Origin: Eledone cirrhosa
Lineage: Eukaryota
Assembly (NCBI GenBank): GCA_964016885.1
Contig: OZ024758.1
Location: forward strand, 9,424,001-9,488,000
Length of the DNA stretch: 64,000 nucleotides
Reading direction: 5' to 3'
In this document: positions 57,475 through 64,000 of the stretch, in pieces
How the letters are laid out: every line of letters starts with the position of its first letter
Numbering within the stretch: the first letter of the stretch is position 1
Translations under genes and position numbers: made by a program
Notes under the pieces: generated by a model
Database searches by the model: none
Seen by the model: the letters and a program-made list of their open reading frames with translations, nothing else
What the model was told of the DNA's origin: nothing

Positions 57475-58125
57475 CAATGAAATTAAAACAAAGAAGGTTC
57501 CTCAATAGGGAAGAGACGTTCGAGGGTCATTCGTGGAAAAACCCCACAAAACCACGGATACCCTGATCTTTAGAGTAAGTGCCCTTTCCCAGTTGTACTC
57601 CTCCAATCTACAGGCTTACACTCAGAGCAGCCCCATTCACTCGGGCTATGCTCGCTTCTCTCACCCACATTTTAACAAATTTGAGGAAAGTGCTCGTCTT
57701 CAAACCTTTCAAGCGTGTCCACCATACATCTTTCGCCATGGCCACAAGACATATAAGAACTGCATGCTCTTCTTGACTAAAAGAAGGTGGTGGGACAATT
57801 TTCACAATGGACTCGGTTGAGAACCGAATTTATCCTACACGCGTCAGCAACACACAAATCAGCAATGCTCGCACACTGAAAAATTGCGTGCAGGGCGGTT
57901 TCGTCGCCCTGCGCGCATCTCGAACAGGCCCGACTGACGGCACTTCCATGTCTGTAGAGTTTATCTCGAATTGACAAAGCTCTTCGGTAGCACTGCCAGG
58001 CCAGGGATTTCTGGAAATTATCCATGGGCCCTGGACCGAAAATCCTCCCGAAAAGAGTGGCTAGTTGATTTTCGCCGACGTCTAGAGTTTCCCCAAGAAC
58101 GTCGTCGCTTTTATCCACCACTTCG
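57475..58125 (-). pseudogene. Tx1/L1-clade LINE ORF2 3' end (zf-RVT CCHC region) plus 3' UTR
   Basis: FQKSLAWQCYRRALSIRDKLYRHG..CSRCAQGDETALHAIFQC (Cx2C..ET..H...C) followed by AK..WWTR. Confidence 0.8.
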
Positions 58126-58139
58126 CTCCTCTGACAGTA

Positions 58140-58310
58140 CCGGCGGTAGAGTGTCAGACACCATGCTTTTCAGCATAGAGTTATTGCCCTTTACGTTCGG
58201 AGTTCAAATCCAGCCGAGGTTAACTTTGCCTTTCATCCTTACAGGGTCGATAAAATAAAGCACCAGTAATGTACTGGGGTAATCGCTGACCTTGTGCCAA
58301 AAGTAGAAAC

Positions 58311-58315
<5 letters not shown>
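58140..58315 (+). mobile_element. SINE family 1
   Basis: Colinear with other copies; another lies at 60664-60810(-). Confidence 0.88.
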
Positions 58316-58348
<33 letters not shown>

Positions 58349-58409
58349 TTATACGTAATATATATAATATTATATCATATATAATATATATATGTTATAT
58401 GTATACTCT

Positions 58410-58449
<40 letters not shown>

Positions 58450-58522
58450 GTTATTCCGGGTTGAATCGGAGGTAACCACAGCAAGCAAGGTACTCAATAT
58501 ATAGCAGAGTATAAAAGTTTTA

Positions 58523-58651
58523 ATATAGATGAGATTCTACAGGACTAGAACTGTTTCATTCATTAGAAATCATCAGGAATCTCTGATCATCTGATTCCTG
58601 ATGATTTCTAATGAATGAAACAGTTCTAGTCCTGTAGAATTTCATCTATAT
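58523..58651. ncRNA. Fold-back pair of hammerhead ribozyme motifs (one per strand)
   Basis: About 59-bp inverted arms. The plus arm reads AUUC-CUGAUGA(58598)-UUUCUAAUGAAU-GAAA-CAG-UUCUAGUC-CUGUA-GAAU: helix I AUUC/GAAU, helix III ACAG/CUGU, GUA cleavage triplet. Confidence 0.75.
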
Positions 58652-58817
58652 ATATATATATTCACTCAACTACTCAATCATTAGTTCATTCCATTTCATT
58701 GGAACAGACAATGAAGAATCTATAAATGTTTCATTAAAAGCGATCAAATATAAGACGTGTGATTACAGCATTGAATTACAGTTAGCGCCTATTTCAAGTA
58801 TGTTAGACGTGTGTATG

Positions 58818-58834
58818 CTGCCATCTGCCGGTAG
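58818..58834 (-). promoter_or_regulatory. CTCF-like motif
   Basis: Minus strand CCGGCAGATGGCAGC versus the core consensus CCRSYAGRKGGCRS; lies in unique sequence. Confidence 0.4.
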
Positions 58835-58995
58835 AAGTGCTAACCTCATTCAAATACATCCAGTTATTCAATCATCCATTCAGCCATTTGTTCATTTACA
58901 CTAGTATGGATGAGTCACAAATGCAGTCAGGCAATTAAAGTAATGCTGACCATAGCAGTAAAGGCCACATTTAGTTTTGTTGCTTATGATGTATG

Positions 58996-59705
<710 letters not shown>

Positions 59706-60274
59706 GGGAATCAATGGCGACTGCTGTTGGGAGAGGCGGTGGCGGTGTTGTTTGCTGCGGTGCTGCAGTGACCTTCGGGTGATATTAATCACAGTATATT
59801 GTTCAGCAAATATTAACCGTTTAATAATTTCCTTCTTGGATATTACAATTTGCTATAATAACGCTGTTATTGTTAGAAATTCTACTATCTGAAAGGAATA
59901 TTAGTTGAAGGGGAATTAGAGAGATGGAATCATTTTCTTGTTTCTAAAATGCTTAATGAGTTCTAAGAGTCTATCTTAAGGACATAGACATTTGCATATA
60001 GTGATTACTTAGTGTATAATTTCGTACGGAAGTTAGATGTTAAATGGTAAATTGTAAGCCGGCAGGATAGTAGTCAAGATTGGTGTAAAGGATTCTACTT
60101 ACAGTTGTTATCAAGTCTTGGGGCAGACCAAACTCAGAACACATATGATGAAAGCCTTCCAGTCGCTGTAATTGTTCATCGTTTTGTAAATTTTGTAAAT
60201 CAGAGACTATATTCCATAATGTATCATTCGTATACACACACACACACACACACAGATCAGATACACACACATAG

Positions 60275-60311
<37 letters not shown>

Positions 60312-60566
60312 TACACACATACACATACATACACACACACGCATACATACACACATATACACACACACATACACACACACACACACACACACAGATACAC
60401 ACACAAAGAGATCACACACACATACACACACACACATACACATACACACACAGATACACACACACATACACATATACACATACACACACACACACACACA
60501 CATACACACACACACACACATACACACACACACACACACATACACACACGCACACAGACACACACA

Positions 60567-60606
<40 letters not shown>

Positions 60607-60999
60607 AATATATATATATATATATATACATACGTACGTATGGGTTATATCGAACATTAATAATAATTGTTTCTACTTTTGGCACAAGGCCAGCAATGAG
60701 CCAGTGTATTACTGGTACTTTATTTTATCGACCCCGTAAGGATGAAAGGCAAAGTTAACCTCGACGGGATTTGAACTCAGACCGTAAAGGGACGTAACTC
60801 TTTGCTGGAATGTTCGATTCGTTGTAAACAAACGGCCCGAATAGAAGCTGTGCTGTGCCGGTGACCTATCGATACCTTTTTGTTCAACACTGGCTTTGAG
60901 GAACAATCAACATGTTTCTGGGTCATTACCCTTCACCAGGACTATATCCCTCTGCCAGTCTGTGTCTGTGTCTGTCTCTGTGTCTGTCTGTGTGTCTGT

Positions 61000-61115
61000 G
61001 TGTGTCTGACTCACGCGCGTGCAATCACATTTCAACTGAAGCCAATCACTATCAGTCATGATTGACCCCCCTCATAACTTGATTGGTTATCCGATTTCTC
61101 TGCGTCACCCTCAAA
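61000..61115. promoter_or_regulatory. Candidate promoter/enhancer motif cluster
   Basis: TGACTCA (61007), CACGCGCGTG, AGCCAATCA (61040), TGATTGGTT (61080) and TGCGTCA (61101) within 110 bp. Confidence 0.4.
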
Positions 61116-61949
61116 GAGCAAACATGACCCTGTTCGAACAATCAGCTACTGTGTATCTTTGGAAACTATTAGTAGTTCTGTAGGTGTATATGAAGGTATA
61201 TATACTACACCTCTATTATGAATGATGTCATGTTAGTGTAACTGGTACGTAGGAATATAGATTTATTAACCTTTGGGCGATTCCTTTTCTCGAAGCTTGA
61301 TATTCTATTATATTTCCATGAATAGTTCGCCTTCCAACAGCTCGGTTTCTACTAAGTTTTAGACGACAGAGCTACATGACAACAGAATCATTAGAACGTA
61401 GAACAAAAAATACCTTTCAGTGTTTGTTTGTCTCTCTCTCTCTAAGTCCAAATCCCACTGAAATCAATTTTGCCTTTCATCCTTTCGAGGTCGATGAAAT
61501 AAAACAATAGTTCAAAGCAATGGATTGGCTGTATTTCTTCTTGGCTTAGTTTAACAACACTACCTGGCCCTTGAGTGTCTTTAGTGCAGTCCACACTGCC
61601 ACAAACTGGCTATAACTCCCTCTGGTTTTAACTCCCTCTCTACCACCAATCAAGGGGTTACCGATAAGGGTAATGAATACGGCGTTTCTCTTACAAATAA
61701 AACCAAAAAAACAATTCAAGTCAAAAGGAAAATGGATTGCTCAGTAATACATTCAATTTCCTCTTTCACTTTCACTCCTGTCTTCTTGTTTAATATGCTT
61801 GACTCAGCTGTATGACATTTACTCGTTTAAATTATCAAATACATTATTCATATTGAGTGTACCTCTGTGGCGCGCGCGCACACACACACACACACACATA
61901 CACACACAAACACATATATATATGTGTGTGGGGGTGGGGGTCGAGACTT

Positions 61950-62318
61950 GATGGTAGAAACACCAGAATGCTACACTCAACATACAACATATCCCGGAGA
62001 TGTCATCCAACAAACAAGTATCTTTATGGACCCCTGTCTCACATTACTGATGTTGTTGAGGGGTCGTCGTCTGGCCCATGCTGGCCATGTCGCTCGCCAT
62101 GATGAACTCCCTGGGAGATTGTTCTTCTGGACTCCGAATTTAAAGAGACAAGTTGGCTGACCGTATATCACCTTGAAACCAATCATCAAATGGACACAGA
62201 CCTTAAAGGAATCGATCTGCATGTTGCAATGGTCAACTGAGAACTCTGGAGCTCGAACTTTGTCAATGCCTCACACCCACCTCAAGACATCAGATGACTC
62301 AAGAAGAAGAAGAAGAAT
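61950..62318 (+). pseudogene. 5'-truncated RTE-clade LINE 3' end with (AAG)n tail
   Basis: Frameshifted TRMLHSTYNISRRCHPTNKYLYG...RRLAHAGHVARHDE...FWTP...VG*PYITLK matches the RTE C-terminal RMLR..I.W..H..N..LYG/RRL..AGH..R/GRP pattern. Confidence 0.8.
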
Positions 62319-62374
62319 ATATATATATATTCTTCTTCTTCTTGAGTCATCTGATGTCTTGAGGTGGGTGTTGA

Positions 62375-62437
<63 letters not shown>

Positions 62438-62555
62438 GAATCGAAGTCAGTGTTGCAGCATATGTACAAACTTTATTGGCATATTACAATTGTTTCGATA
62501 TCAGACCTCGTAACAGCATTGAGTGCTCCGAACCGCGCGCCGCCTGTAACTGTAG

Positions 62556-62743
<188 letters not shown>

Positions 62744-64000
62744 GTGTGTGTCTTCTGGTTCATAAACAGAACCAAAATGTATAATTCACGTGGTTGTGAA
62801 GTCAGCTTCATAGTGACAAATCATATTTCATGCTGACAAAAACAAAGACCACAGAAAAGTGTACTGCAGTGAAATATCCTACAATTATTCTATTTTCTTC
62901 GTCTAACAAACCTGTAATTACATTTGTTTGAAACGCAGAATGAAATTTCGGCGGAAAATTGGAAATAAATCTTTTCCTTTTCACATTATAAATGTATTAG
63001 ACAAAAGTTTATTGATATGAAGCCAGTTAAATAATTCAGTTTTAGCTATCTCCACCACCCTGAACCAAAACAAATATTTGACTAAATAAGTGTATGGTCG
63101 GGTGAGATGTTTAACTCCTTTCTAATATAATGCTTTCTTTATATGTTCTGTCCCGGGAAAACAATTATGTTTTTCTTTCCTTTTTAGTGCTTACGAAGGC
63201 TCTAAAAGTGAAACGTCAAAATTACTATAGGGGGAAAAATATAAAAAATAACCTTGTCTATAGCCAATATCTTGGTAAACTGAATAGAAAGATACAAGTG
63301 AACCAATATGGAAGCCAACAAAGATTCAAATATTTTCGACTAAAGGTTGCTTCAATTTTAGTTGACCAAATTCAACGACTAATATCTTATTCTTATTTTT
63401 ACTATATGAATGATTTTATTAATTATTATATGATGAAATAGTAAAGTTAGACAAAAAAATATTAAATGAAACAAAAAGAGGAAAGGAAAAGAAGACAAAA
63501 AAAAAAATAGAATGAAGCAACGAAAGAAAAGGAAAGGGGAAGAGGGAGGGGCAAACTGGACCCCAGGGGTGATCAGACTCAGAAGTTTACCTTACTATTT
63601 TTCAGGTGTTTGATAGACGGAAGGAATGAAAGTCATTGTAGATGTGGACGATACATAGTTTTGTGTGGCTTTTGATGGTTGACTTTTGGGACAAGAGTAT
63701 TTGCCTTGTGTTGGACAGTGGTTGTGTTATTCAAGGTTGTTATGAGCCGGCGAATTGGCAGAGCCGTTAGAACGTCAGATAGAATGCTTATCGATCCCAC
63801 AAGGATGACAAGCAAAGCTAACCGTGACGAGATTTGAACTCAGAACGTAAAGAGCCTTAACTAAATGTCACAAATCATGTTGACCGACGCTCTACAGTCA
63901 ATCCATTGCACTCTGACGTAACTAACAGCTGACATCATCTTCGTAGCTCTAAATATTCTATCTATCGCCTTAACTGTTTACAAATAGTAATTAACATTAA

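Overview
Non-coding, AT-rich, microsatellite-saturated eukaryotic DNA; the SINE families and repeat landscape suggest an octopus or other coleoid cephalopod (inference, not searched). I can support no intact host protein-coding gene. Nearly all long ORFs in the track are translations of (TA)n, (CA)n, (ATGT)n or (GAT)n arrays. The window holds more than 20 copies of one tRNA-derived SINE, two further tRNA-SINE families, mariner-, Tigger- and hAT-type MITEs, and degenerate LINE fragments of the RTE, Tx1/L1, R4/Dong and CRE clades. The most interesting signals are: (1) short Penelope-like elements carrying minimal hammerhead ribozymes, embedded in (TA)n tracts and sometimes arranged as fold-back pairs with a ribozyme on each strand; (2) a 46 x 34 bp array made from the Pol III A-box half of a SINE; (3) retroelement families that each sit in their own microsatellite class, including a non-autonomous RTE derivative with a structured 5' leader; (4) repeated inverted duplication of flanking DNA across (TA)n tracts; (5) an apparent excess of YY1/Pho-type AANATGGCG motifs in the unique islands. 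All folds, alignments and counts were done by eye.
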